Made by a program: the position numbers and the translations under genes. Source: an uncultured archaeon (GTDB lineage: Archaea; Asgardarchaeota; Thorarchaeia; Thorarchaeales; Thorarchaeaceae). From it: a stretch of 29,420 nt of DNA. A model generated the notes under the pieces. That model was not told the DNA's origin. It made no database searches and saw only the letters and a list, made by a program, of their open reading frames with translations. Where the stretch lies: positions 1 to 29,420 of the forward strand of contig CAZVZC010000026.1 of NCBI GenBank assembly GCA_964631415.1, given 5' to 3'. Shown piece by piece: positions 1 through 7,259 of the stretch. The stretch's first letter is position 1. The number at the start of each line of letters is the position of its first letter.

Positions 1-128
1 AGGCACCATACGCAGCGAACCTCAAGTATGAGGTCGATTCGTGTGTTGAATGCTTTAAGACCAAGGACCTTGGTGAGGGAATCGCCGCTCTCTTCGAGAA
101 GCGTCGTGGCAAGTTCACAGGTGCCTAG
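1..128 (+). CDS. 3' end of an enoyl-CoA hydratase/crotonase-family protein (partial; could be a 3-hydroxyacyl-CoA dehydrogenase fusion)
   Basis: Not in the ORF track. The frame from base 3 reads APYAANLKYEVDSCVECFKTKDLGEGIAALFEKRRGKFTGA* (TAG 126-128), matching the crotonase C-terminal pattern T.D..EG..AF.EKR...F.G and resembling the end of the crotonase at 5405-6190. Confidence 0.85.
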   Translation, partial: APYAANLKYEVDSCVECFKTKDLGEGIAALFEKRRGKFTGA

Positions 129-142
129 ACTCAACATGATTA

Positions 143-184
143 CGACCCCGGCAAATTGAACGGGGTCGCACTTTCTTTTTTTTT
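143..184 (+). terminator. Hairpin plus T-tract terminator
   Basis: Perfect 8-bp stem CGACCCCG (143-150)/CGGGGTCG (161-168), 10-nt loop, then TTTCTTTTTTTTT (172-184), just after the stop at 128. Confidence 0.75.
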
Positions 185-319
185 GAGTCCTCACTGTTGA
201 GAAAGAAACAGAGTAAGTCCTTGCTTCTCTGTCCACCAATGCAGCGCACTGCTCTCGACTCCCGGTTATGATCATCCCCCGCGCATTGGCTGGTTGAAGT
301 TGTGCCGCCGATGCTCACA

Positions 320-353
320 GATTCGTCATAAACGACGAATCGTCAACCTTAAG
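320..353 (+). promoter_or_regulatory. Palindromic operator-like site and TATA-like box upstream of the thiolase operon
   Basis: GATTCGTC-N6-GACGAATC (320-341) followed by CTTAAG (348-353); GGAGG RBS at 431-435. Confidence 0.45.
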
Positions 354-442
354 ATTAGGTGCAAAGTCTTCCCAGACTCAGGCTGAGCGTCTCAGATTAC
401 ACGCACTGTTACTATGTAGGTTGTTCCTACGGAGGACAAGAA

Positions 443-1609
443 ATGACTAGAAGAGTTGCAGTAGTGGCCGGTGGCCACAGCAAGTTCGGAAAGCGCTACG
501 ATGCAACAATGAGAGAGCTTTGCGCGGAGGCGTACAAGCCTGTCTATGATGCGGGTATCACTCAGGATCGCATCGACGCGACAGTTCTCTCCTACGCTGC
601 ATCGCAGTTCACAGGTCAGGGTGCTGGCTCTGCTCTTATGGCAGATTCCATAGGCCTTCAGGAGAAGCCGCACTTGAGAGTAGAGTCCGCATGTGCCACA
701 GGCACAGCTTCCATCAGAGCCGCCTATGGGATGGTGGCATCAGGGCTCTATGACGTGATGCTTGTGCTTGGTGTCGAGCAGATGAACAGGGTGTCTTCTG
801 CAACAGCAACTGAGTACATGTCACGCGCAGGCGACATGCGTTGGGAGTATCCATATGGGATATCCTTCCCTGCATTCTACGCCTTGATGGCTTCACGCTA
901 TATGGCTGAATACAATATGCCGCACGACGTGCTTTCGATGATCTCCGTGAAGTCGCATCACTATGGTGCACAGAACCCAAAGGCGCATCTGCCGAAGGAG
1001 GTGTCTTTTGAGGAGGCCAACAACGCAGTCCCGATCTGCAGGCCTTTGAACCTGTACGATTGCAGTCTCATCACCGATGGGGCGGCGGCTGTAGTGCTTG
1101 TCGCCGAGCCTCGCGTCAAAGAGTTCACTGACCAGCCGATGTGGATCAAGGGCATGGGAGCAGGAGCCTCGGAGATGATGATTCAGGACCGTCCGTCGCT
1201 GACGTCCATACCCGGTGCCAAGCGGGCTGCAAAGGCTGCCTTCAAGATGGCTGGCCTTCAACCCAAGGACATAAACATGGCCGAGGTGCACGATTGTTTC
1301 TCGATTGCTGAACTCATTGCTTACGAAGATATCGGTTTTGCAGAGCCGGGCAAGGGCAGACAGCTAATTGAGAACAAAGAGGTATATCACACAGGAAGGA
1401 TACCCATCAACTGTGACGGTGGTCTCAAGAGCAAGGGCCATCCACTGGGTGCCACTGGTGTTTCGATGACCTACGAAGTTCTCAGCCAGATGAGAAAGAA
1501 GGCTGAGAAGCCCACACGACAGATCAAGGACGTCAAGTATGGCCTCGTTCACAACGTGGGGCAGAGTGGGCAGTTCGTCAATGTCATCATCTACGAGAGG
1601 GGTTGGTAA
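443..1609 (+). CDS. Thiolase (acetyl-CoA C-acyltransferase), archaeal/SCP2-type
   Basis: ESACATG (catalytic Cys), CSLITDGAAA, AEVHDCF, GHPLGATG, HNVG. Start moved to ATG 443, which follows GGAGG. Confidence 0.95.
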   Translation: MTRRVAVVAGGHSKFGKRYDATMRELCAEAYKPVYDAGITQDRIDATVLSYAASQFTGQGAGSALMADSIGLQEKPHLRVESACATGTASIRAAYGMVASGLYDVMLVLGVEQMNRVSSATATEYMSRAGDMRWEYPYGISFPAFYALMASRYMAEYNMPHDVLSMISVKSHHYGAQNPKAHLPKEVSFEEANNAVPICRPLNLYDCSLITDGAAAVVLVAEPRVKEFTDQPMWIKGMGAGASEMMIQDRPSLTSIPGAKRAAKAAFKMAGLQPKDINMAEVHDCFSIAELIAYEDIGFAEPGKGRQLIENKEVYHTGRIPINCDGGLKSKGHPLGATGVSMTYEVLSQMRKKAEKPTRQIKDVKYGLVHNVGQSGQFVNVIIYERGW

Positions 1610-1611
1610 TC

Positions 1612-2028
1612 ATGTCAGGCGAGAAAGAAATCTACCTAGGTTACACAACAGACAAGGCCGTCACTCCGTTCTTCAAGCAGTTCCTAGAAGCCCTTGAGAA
1701 AGAGCACATCATGAAGAGCGTCTGCCCCAAGTGCAAGAAGGAGTTTCTTCCCCCGAGGCAGTATTGCCAGAAGGATATGACCGAATGTCAACTGGCTGAA
1801 TTCACTGAGCGCGAGGCAAAGCTCGTTTCATACACCGTAGTCGAGTTTGCTCCGGAAAGCATGAGTGCTCGTGCGCCCTACGTCGTTGCGATTGGAGAGT
1901 TTCCGTCCGGTCGGAGGCTCACAGCGCACATCACCAATCTGATGGACATGCCCCAAGTTGGCATGAAGCTCAAGCTTAGCTTCGAGCGTGTGTCGGACAA
2001 ACAAGTCACGTACAAGTGGCAAGTCTAG
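1612..2028 (+). CDS. DUF35-family Zn-ribbon/OB-fold protein (thiolase partner)
   Basis: CPKC...PPRQYCQKD, SYTVV...APYVVAI, GMKLK; begins 2 nt after the thiolase stop, the usual archaeal thiolase-DUF35 pair. Confidence 0.92.
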   Translation: MSGEKEIYLGYTTDKAVTPFFKQFLEALEKEHIMKSVCPKCKKEFLPPRQYCQKDMTECQLAEFTEREAKLVSYTVVEFAPESMSARAPYVVAIGEFPSGRRLTAHITNLMDMPQVGMKLKLSFERVSDKQVTYKWQV

Positions 2029-2048
2029 ACACAGAGTTCGGTTCAAGT

Positions 2049-2088
2049 CAGGGTCGCCCGTTGGTGGTGACCCTGTCATCTACTTTTT
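2049..2088 (+). terminator. Hairpin plus short T-tract after the thiolase-DUF35 operon
   Basis: CAGGGTCGCC (2049-2058)/GGTGACCCTG (2066-2075), 10-bp stem with one G-U pair, then TTTTT at 2084-2088. Confidence 0.6.
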
Positions 2089-2323
2089 CAAACCTATGCA
2101 GTGCACTGCCAGTTGAACAGAGCTGGAAACAGGGGTCCTCACCCTTCGATAACAGCACCTGAGTTATAATCCCTGAGATCAGACTCTATCGAGTAGGTTT
2201 CAAACATCGATTCGGTGATGAGGAATCAGCATTCATGCTTGACCATGACCAAGGCTTTCTACCATAGGAATGGCTGCAACAGCCCTCATGCTCCCACCAG
2301 AACTTCAACTCGAGAACTAACTG

Positions 2324-2644
2324 CTAGATAACCTTGACACGCTTTGATAGGAGCGCAATAGCTTCGAGGGTTCGGAGGTAGATGTTGGACGCCCCGGCCG
2401 AGTCGCAACGGTCTATCTGTATCACGGCATTGTCAATGATGTCACTGATCTGCTTAATGCGCTTGAGTCCTTCGTTGTGCCGACAGCCAAAGGAGAGGAC
2501 CTGTTCGGCATCGGGGAGGTGGTTTGGTTTGGAACACTCTTCCCGCTCCAGAACCGATTTCTCGATTTCATAGCTGCTCTGCAGTGAGTTCCTCATAGCA
2601 AGTAGCGAGTCCTTCCAGATCTGGACAGTCTGCGATGCCTCCAA
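2324..2644 (-). CDS. Hypothetical helical protein, 106 aa
   Basis: TTG start preceded by GGTGAGAGGA (RBS-like); protein-like composition; no recognised motif. Confidence 0.65.
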   Translation of the reverse strand: MEASQTVQIWKDSLLAMRNSLQSSYEIEKSVLEREECSKPNHLPDAEQVLSFGCRHNEGLKRIKQISDIIDNAVIQIDRCDSAGASNIYLRTLEAIALLSKRVKVI

Positions 2645-2941
2645 ATCCTCTCACCAAATACTTGCCCGGACGCACGACGCAAGACAAGACAGGCAGATAA
2701 ACATAGAGCTGGGCAGTTTACATTCTACTACCTGGGCGGCCTGCTCGAAAAAGGATGGTCGCTCCTTGTCACACTTCTATGGACCGCTCTAGCTGAGATA
2801 CATGCCACGAGAAGGGCCCTGTGTAATAAGTCACCCAATGGCTGGGGGAACAGATCTATCCAATGCAGGTCCTGCCACAGTATGGACATGCGACGACTCG
2901 TTGAATATCGATTCAAGTCACTCCGCCCGTTGTGGAACCCA

Positions 2942-2957
2942 CTTTTTACACAGAGCC
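2942..2957 (+). repeat. IS-type terminal repeat copy (CTTTTTACACAGAGCC)
   Basis: 14/16 identical to CTTTTCACAAAGAGCC at 5325-5340, which directly follows the transposase-remnant stop; same orientation. Confidence 0.55.
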
Positions 2958-3084
2958 ACTTAATGCAAAGTGCTTATCAGCCAATCTTCTTTAGCAATGT
3001 GAAGATAACACAAGAAACACCTGTGCTCTCATTTTGCAGACTGTCTCTCTCGACCAGATTGTTACGCTATGGGGGTTATCAAGC

Positions 3085-3672
3085 ATGTTTGCCCAAGGAC
3101 AATTGATTGGAATTGGTTATGGTAGTGTAATCATTCTTGTTGTCATTGTCATATTGATAGCTTATTTGAGGCGACCTGAATCATCTGCTGTTCGAAATAC
3201 GGAAATCAATGACCGGCTCGATGGAGGTTTGCCAGTCATGTCGCCTCTCAAGACCGTGTTGACAGAGGGATTCCACGCAGTCTTGATGTTCCTATTCACT
3301 ATACCATTCTATCTATACGGGGGCAATGTTCTCTACGGCCACTTGCTCTTAACAAGACCCAATGAAACCATGGCTTTTGTCATCAGAGCAGCAATCACGG
3401 TTCTGATTGCTGAGCTCTTCTTCAATTGGATTCCCCATCTGGGCTTTCATTTGATCTGGTGGAGAAAGCGATGGCTACATGTGGTTCTATCTGGACTAGT
3501 CTTTTCGCTTCTTACTTACTTTGTCATACCATCTCCGTACCATGAGGGAGAGGCAACTATCGGGATGGGATTTGTTTGGGTATTGAGCGGAGTGGTTGTG
3601 CACCAGCTATTCAGAACACTTGGATGGTACAGAAGGGCGTATAATGAAAGAGTGAAACCCAAAGACCCCTGA
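3085..3672 (+). CDS. Hypothetical multi-pass membrane protein (about 5 TM helices)
   Basis: Hydrophobic stretches such as IGIGYGSVIILVVIVILIAYL, AVLMFLFTIPFYLY, FVIRAAITVLIAELFF, VVLSGLVFSLLTYFVI, IGMGFVWVLSGVVV. ATG 3085 preferred over TTG 3034. Confidence 0.75.
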   Translation: MFAQGQLIGIGYGSVIILVVIVILIAYLRRPESSAVRNTEINDRLDGGLPVMSPLKTVLTEGFHAVLMFLFTIPFYLYGGNVLYGHLLLTRPNETMAFVIRAAITVLIAELFFNWIPHLGFHLIWWRKRWLHVVLSGLVFSLLTYFVIPSPYHEGEATIGMGFVWVLSGVVVHQLFRTLGWYRRAYNERVKPKDP

Positions 3673-3773
3673 TTACCGCGGAATGGATTAGACCTCGTTG
3701 AGATGCTCCAAGTAAGGTCGAAAAGTATCATCGTTTTGGTGGGTGCTTAAACTGTAAAATCGTTGACTCACTA

Positions 3774-4328
3774 ATGGATACCGCTGAATACTGCGAATCG
3801 GAAGTAACAAGAGTGACAGAATGTAATGAATGGGTACCCACTGCAACACTGGTGTCTAGAAACGTTGTCAGTGACACCGTGCTCAACACTCACCAGGCTT
3901 TGTACTGGAATACAACGAAGATGGAAAAACTCCAGGAAATGGGTGGGTTTTACCTGTACGAAATACGTCGAAGCCAAAACTATTGGAATTTCCTTCAGCC
4001 GGGATTCCTCTGTCTGTACTGTTTTGTTGAATGCTCAACGGGCTTTCCAAATCCAGATCCAATCACTTTCACTGAGGAAAATGATGCTGCTCTTTCAATC
4101 TGCTGTCTCAGACTCCCAGAGAACGAAGAAGCACAAATGAACGTGGCCATTAACCAAATGGAAGCAGGGTTCTACTACGTTAACCTGAAGATGATTCGCC
4201 TTCAAAAAGACAAGCAATTCACTTTATGGAGTGAGTCCGAGTGGTGTTGCTCCTGGGATTGGTGTCACTTCGGGGCTGAAGACTGTTTCCAGTCCTGTAC
4301 AATGACAACACAATCGTTCACATCATAG
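3774..4328 (+). CDS. Hypothetical Cys/Trp-rich protein, 184 aa
   Basis: ATG about 22 nt after a CTTAAA TATA-like box; 12 Cys and 7 Trp counted; no signal peptide seen. Confidence 0.7.
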   Translation: MDTAEYCESEVTRVTECNEWVPTATLVSRNVVSDTVLNTHQALYWNTTKMEKLQEMGGFYLYEIRRSQNYWNFLQPGFLCLYCFVECSTGFPNPDPITFTEENDAALSICCLRLPENEEAQMNVAINQMEAGFYYVNLKMIRLQKDKQFTLWSESEWCCSWDWCHFGAEDCFQSCTMTTQSFTS

Positions 4329-4341
4329 GAGCTGCTACAAG

Positions 4342-4956
4342 ATGACTAAGAAAGTAGATTTCATTGAGGAAGTTTCTGAACACCTACGAAGAGAAGGGCG
4401 AGCAGCCATAGAAGTCGACAAGGAAATAGTGAGGTTTAAACGAGTGCATGACCATTATGTCATGGTCTTTTCACGGATATATCCAGAGAGTGCTTCGGAA
4501 CTAGATCGCTATCGAGAAACATCTCGGAAACGTCTTTCACTCTTGCCCGGGGGACATCGAAGACACTTAGCCGCCATTACTCTGAAAAGAATGATGCCGA
4601 TGAGTCGTGTCGAAGAGTTAGATGCAAAGGCTGGTCTGGATGTGACTGGTCTCAAGATTCAAGGAACTCATGGTTTTGTCACAATGTCCAAGTACCCTAT
4701 TGACAGCGCTTGGATTTCTACAGCTGAAGCAAGGACGAAAGAATCGAAGATTGAAACTAAGACATTAGAACAAGACGAACGATTCTCACTGGTTGAGGGA
4801 GTTGCAGCCGTGTATGTCGAGGCAACTCGTGATGCCTTAGAAGCCGTTTCGGAAGAGGGCGATATCTATATTGTAGATGCTGGCCCTCAAGAACATATAT
4901 GGACAACCTGGCCGCTTCATCGATGGGCACCGAACTTGAGTGGAAGCCAGTGTTAG
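4342..4956 (+). CDS. Hypothetical protein, 204 aa
   Basis: AGGAG RBS overlaps the upstream TAG; long clean ORF; probably co-transcribed with 3774-4328. Confidence 0.75.
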   Translation: MTKKVDFIEEVSEHLRREGRAAIEVDKEIVRFKRVHDHYVMVFSRIYPESASELDRYRETSRKRLSLLPGGHRRHLAAITLKRMMPMSRVEELDAKAGLDVTGLKIQGTHGFVTMSKYPIDSAWISTAEARTKESKIETKTLEQDERFSLVEGVAAVYVEATRDALEAVSEEGDIYIVDAGPQEHIWTTWPLHRWAPNLSGSQC

Positions 4957-5069
4957 GACCATTACTGGACGTAGCACACTTTGCCAGTAAGTTCTCTGTT
5001 GATGGATAAATGATGAAAGTCCGCGTAGATGTCGTTTCCCAACGTCATCCCGGTCCTATCCCGAATGAT

Positions 5070-5324
5070 TTGCAAGCACGATGGCAGGGATTTCGAGGAT
5101 ATAAGGAATTGATTGGAGCGCATCGAAGAGGGCCTGAGGATTGAAAGAGGAAACACGACTATGGAAGGAAACGCCTTGTTGAAACAGTGTTCAGAATGCT
5201 GAAGGTGAGACTCACTAGGAGTCTGAGTTCAAAGAGATTCAAGGAGCAACGGCGAGAGTTGGTGATCAAGATGCTACTTCACAACTTGGGACGTCTGAAC
5301 TTCTTGGAGTGCGACAGGAGATGA
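5070..5324 (+). pseudogene. IS5-family (DDE) transposase C-terminal remnant
   Basis: Frame reads LQARWQGFRGYKELIGAHRRGPED*KRKHDYGRKRLVETVFRMLKVRLTRSLSSKRFKEQRRELVIKMLLHNLGRLNFLECDRR*. It contains a Y-x2-K-x3-E-x6-K variant of the YREK motif and a TGA at 5142-5144 where Trp is usual; the 5' part is missing. Confidence 0.8.
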
Positions 5325-5340
5325 CTTTTCACAAAGAGCC
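5070..5340 (+). mobile_element. Truncated IS5-family element (3' end with right terminal repeat at 5325-5340)
   Basis: Transposase fragment followed at once by CTTTTCACAAAGAGCC (reverse complement GGCTCTTTGTGAAAAG, a GGC-starting end typical of IS5-family elements). Confidence 0.7.
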
Positions 5341-5404
5341 CACGAGGAGCAAATGCTTATTATTCACCGGCACAGGACTGCTCATCCTAGCGAGGCGAGT
5401 AGAA

Positions 5405-6190
5405 ATGTCAGAACAAGATGTGCTCTATCAAGCTGCTGAAGGGGTTGCGACAATAACGATCAACCGCCCCAAGAAATACAATGCTCTGAACTCCGCTGTT
5501 GTGAAGACGCTGAGGGAGCTATTCAGACGGGCTGAAGAGGACCGTTCTGTCAGAGTCGTCGTCCTGACTGGTGCCGAGGAAAAGGCATTCGCCGCCGGGG
5601 CCGACATAAGTGAGTTCAAAGACAAGAACTCCTCCACGGTGAGAGCGCTTTCAGAGAACGGTCAAGAACTATGTAAGTACATAGAGTCGATGAGCAAGCC
5701 TGTCATCGCTGCCATCAATGGGTTTGCCCTAGGGGGCGGCTGCGAAGTCGCCATGGCTTGCGACATCCGGTATGCCTCGACCAACGCAAGGTTCGGTCAG
5801 CCGGAGATCAACCTGGGAATCATCCCCGGCTTTGGTGGGACTGTGCGCCTTCCGCGGCTCGTAGGCCTTGGGATTGCCAAGGAGCTTGTGTACAGTGGAG
5901 AACAGATCACGGCAGACGAAGCATTCAGGATTGGCCTTGTCAATAAGGTGTTTGAGAGCGTCTTGGCTCTCCGCGAGGGAACGATGAAGCTGGCAAAGAC
6001 ACTAGTAACTAAACCAGGCGTTGCGGTAAAGCTGGCTAAGCAGTCACTGAACAGATCTTGGGAGCTAGCGTTGGAAAAGAACCTCAAGTTCGAAGTTGAT
6101 ATGTTCTGCCAGACTTTCGACACGAGAGACAAGGAAGAGGGTGTTGATGCCTTTCTCTCCAAGAGAACGCCGAGCTTTTCTCACAAATAG
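5405..6190 (+). CDS. crt: Enoyl-CoA hydratase (crotonase)
   Basis: ITINRP..NAL, AFAAGADI, KPVIAAINGFALGGGCE, FGQPEINLGIIPGFGGT; both catalytic Glu present. Start ATG 5405; TTATTA TATA-like box at 5357-5362. Confidence 0.95.
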   Translation: MSEQDVLYQAAEGVATITINRPKKYNALNSAVVKTLRELFRRAEEDRSVRVVVLTGAEEKAFAAGADISEFKDKNSSTVRALSENGQELCKYIESMSKPVIAAINGFALGGGCEVAMACDIRYASTNARFGQPEINLGIIPGFGGTVRLPRLVGLGIAKELVYSGEQITADEAFRIGLVNKVFESVLALREGTMKLAKTLVTKPGVAVKLAKQSLNRSWELALEKNLKFEVDMFCQTFDTRDKEEGVDAFLSKRTPSFSHK

Positions 6191-6200
6191 AATAATGGCC

Positions 6201-6219
6201 GGCGAGGTCATACCTCGCC
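6201..6219. terminator. Hairpin between convergent genes
   Basis: GGCGAGGT-CAT-ACCTCGCC, a perfect 8-bp inverted repeat in the 30-nt gap between the stops at 6190 and 6221. Confidence 0.55.
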
Positions 6220-6220
6220 C

Positions 6221-7171
6221 CTATCTCTTCACCTTCAAGTAGCCGTTTCTCTCAGTGAGCAGTCCGCGTTCCGCAAGTCTGTCGATATGCTTCCTCAGCA
6301 TGAATTCCTCAAAGATGTAGAAGAGATCATTCGGTATGCGAGGGTAAATCGTTGGCAGGCTCGAGAGCTTATCAAGCGTATTGTGGCCCTGGGCGACCAG
6401 TTCGAGTATGCGTTTGTCACGCTTGTCAAAGACACCTAGGAACTCCGCAAGCCGTCCACGTAGGTCTTCTGTGACTGGGTCCAGCAAGTGGCCGCTTATG
6501 CCCATCTTTGGTGATAGGTTCATGATGTTCTTGATAGATGATTCGAACTGGTCCAGATCGCTGACCACGTTTCCATACCATGGTCCAAACGATGTGAGAT
6601 CAATGTCAACCAGTAGTATGGTGTTGTAGTCATTTATGCCGAAGCATGTATGATCATATGTATGTCCCGGGGTATGAAGAGGAAGGAGCCGCGTTTCTCC
6701 GCATTCTATCGGCTTGCCATTAGTGAAGTGGCCAGAAACCGCATAGTCTGAGGTAATGTGGGGAAGCCAAGTGGTGATGGTGGACATCCAGCCTGAGAAG
6801 CGTCGGTTGCTCTCGATGCCATAACACTCGACCATCCCTTGGAATGTGCTGACGCCTTTCTCTGCAAGGGGATGACATATTATCTCACATCCTGAGGCCT
6901 TTTGGAGCTCAGCAGCATACCCCTTGTGATCTATGTGAAAGTGTGTGAGTACTATTCGGTCAAGGTCTTTTATGGAATGTCCGAGGTCGGAGAGAGTCTT
7001 CAGGATGTGGTTCATGTTGGGTCCGGCGTCGACGAGAGTTATCACTTCGTCGTCAATCAGAAGTGCGTTCGCCTCGGGGAACCTTGACTTGTTTGCCCCA
7101 CGTATCAAGTGAACGTGAGGCACTATTTCAGTGTGGATCGGGTATTCTGACATTGGGCTAGTCCCGAGCAT
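6221..7171 (-). CDS. Metallo-beta-lactamase-fold hydrolase with a probable C-terminal winged helix
   Basis: LVDAG, THFHIDH (HxHxDH), HTPGHT, SGH. Alternative start ATG 7153. Confidence 0.9.
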   Translation of the reverse strand: MLGTSPMSEYPIHTEIVPHVHLIRGANKSRFPEANALLIDDEVITLVDAGPNMNHILKTLSDLGHSIKDLDRIVLTHFHIDHKGYAAELQKASGCEIICHPLAEKGVSTFQGMVECYGIESNRRFSGWMSTITTWLPHITSDYAVSGHFTNGKPIECGETRLLPLHTPGHTYDHTCFGINDYNTILLVDIDLTSFGPWYGNVVSDLDQFESSIKNIMNLSPKMGISGHLLDPVTEDLRGRLAEFLGVFDKRDKRILELVAQGHNTLDKLSSLPTIYPRIPNDLFYIFEEFMLRKHIDRLAERGLLTERNGYLKVKR

Positions 7172-7259
7172 GTTCAGTCCTTCTCATAACTCTCTCCGTC
7201 GGATGATTCATATTCCGGCGTGCTGCCAGAAAGCACAATCTGTTCGATTGGTGAGCATC

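Noticed and set aside
136-172. Eukaryote-like SECIS element (ATGA...stem...AAA loop) in a 3' UTR
   Set aside because: The 3' side lacks the GA needed for the non-Watson-Crick quartet (it reads CACTTT), a T-tract follows, and no in-frame TGA selenoprotein is visible; a terminator is the simpler reading.
359-442. Long N-terminal extensions in the ORF track (starts at 359, 5309, 7131, 9289, 14974, 22057, 22746)
   Set aside because: Family homology begins at downstream starts (443, 5405, 7260, 9373, 15073, 22141, 22767), most of which have an RBS or overlap the upstream stop.
2036-2060. tRNA T-loop-like GGTTCAAGTC
   Set aside because: The T-stem does not pair and no cloverleaf can be drawn.
5010-5070. 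C/D-box sRNA (ATGATGA at 5010-5016; also GTGATGA at 2215-2221)
   Set aside because: No CTGA D box at a suitable distance in either case.
5142-5144. In-frame TGA as selenocysteine or Trp recoding
   Set aside because: It lies in a 5'-truncated transposase at a usual Trp position, and TGA ends many intact genes here, so it is a nonsense mutation.
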